Below are positions 31,897-32,000 of a stretch of DNA of 32,000 nt, piece by piece. The translations under genes and the position numbers were made by a program. Every line of letters begins with the position of its first letter. Position 1 is the first letter of the stretch. The stretch covers positions 2,010,001 through 2,042,000 of the forward strand of contig NC_000962.3 in the NCBI RefSeq assembly GCF_000195955.2, in the 5' to 3' direction. The DNA comes from Mycobacterium tuberculosis H37Rv (lineage in GTDB: Bacteria; Actinomycetota; Actinomycetes; Mycobacteriales; Mycobacteriaceae). The notes beneath the pieces were generated by a model. It was given only the letters and a program-made list of their open reading frames with translations. It was not told the origin of the DNA and did not search any database.

Positions 31897-32000
31897 AGGT
31901 GAACACGGGTGATTTGTCACTACGGGCCGCTGCGGTTCCTGCGCTGCCAGGGGGCCGCGAGTGCGATTCCGGCGAGCCACGCGATTAGGGATTAAGCGAA

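Overview
This window is a high-GC mycobacterial chromosome segment. Gene content and order match the Mycobacterium tuberculosis complex region from the Rv1776c-type TetR gene through cyp144, malQ and the ESX-5 (type VII secretion) locus to PPE28. The gene names are recognised from memory of the proteins, not from a search. In order, it carries: a TetR-type regulator (truncated at the window start), cyp144, two conserved or membrane proteins, a small hypothetical, malQ (4-alpha-glucanotransferase), eccB5, eccC5, cyp143 with its ferredoxin, PPE25-PE18-PPE26-PPE27-PE19, esxM, esxN, espG5, eccD5, mycP5, eccE5, eccA5, lppT and PPE28. No RNA genes, IS elements or CRISPR arrays were supported. The large system is the well-described ESX-5 locus, not a new one. 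The points most worth a second look are: (1) esxM has an in-frame TAG at codon 59, followed directly by ATG, which removes the C-terminal YxxxE secretion motif; (2) PPE27 is preceded in-frame by a PE-like N-terminal remnant, MSFATPQPE; (3) PPE25 and PPE27 share a block that reads as identical for 546 bp, then have divergent tails; (4) a 10-bp-stem hairpin sits between esxN and espG5; (5) a 26-codon leader ORF with a strong Shine-Dalgarno sequence overlaps the start of lppT; (6) several short palindromes lie in promoter regions.
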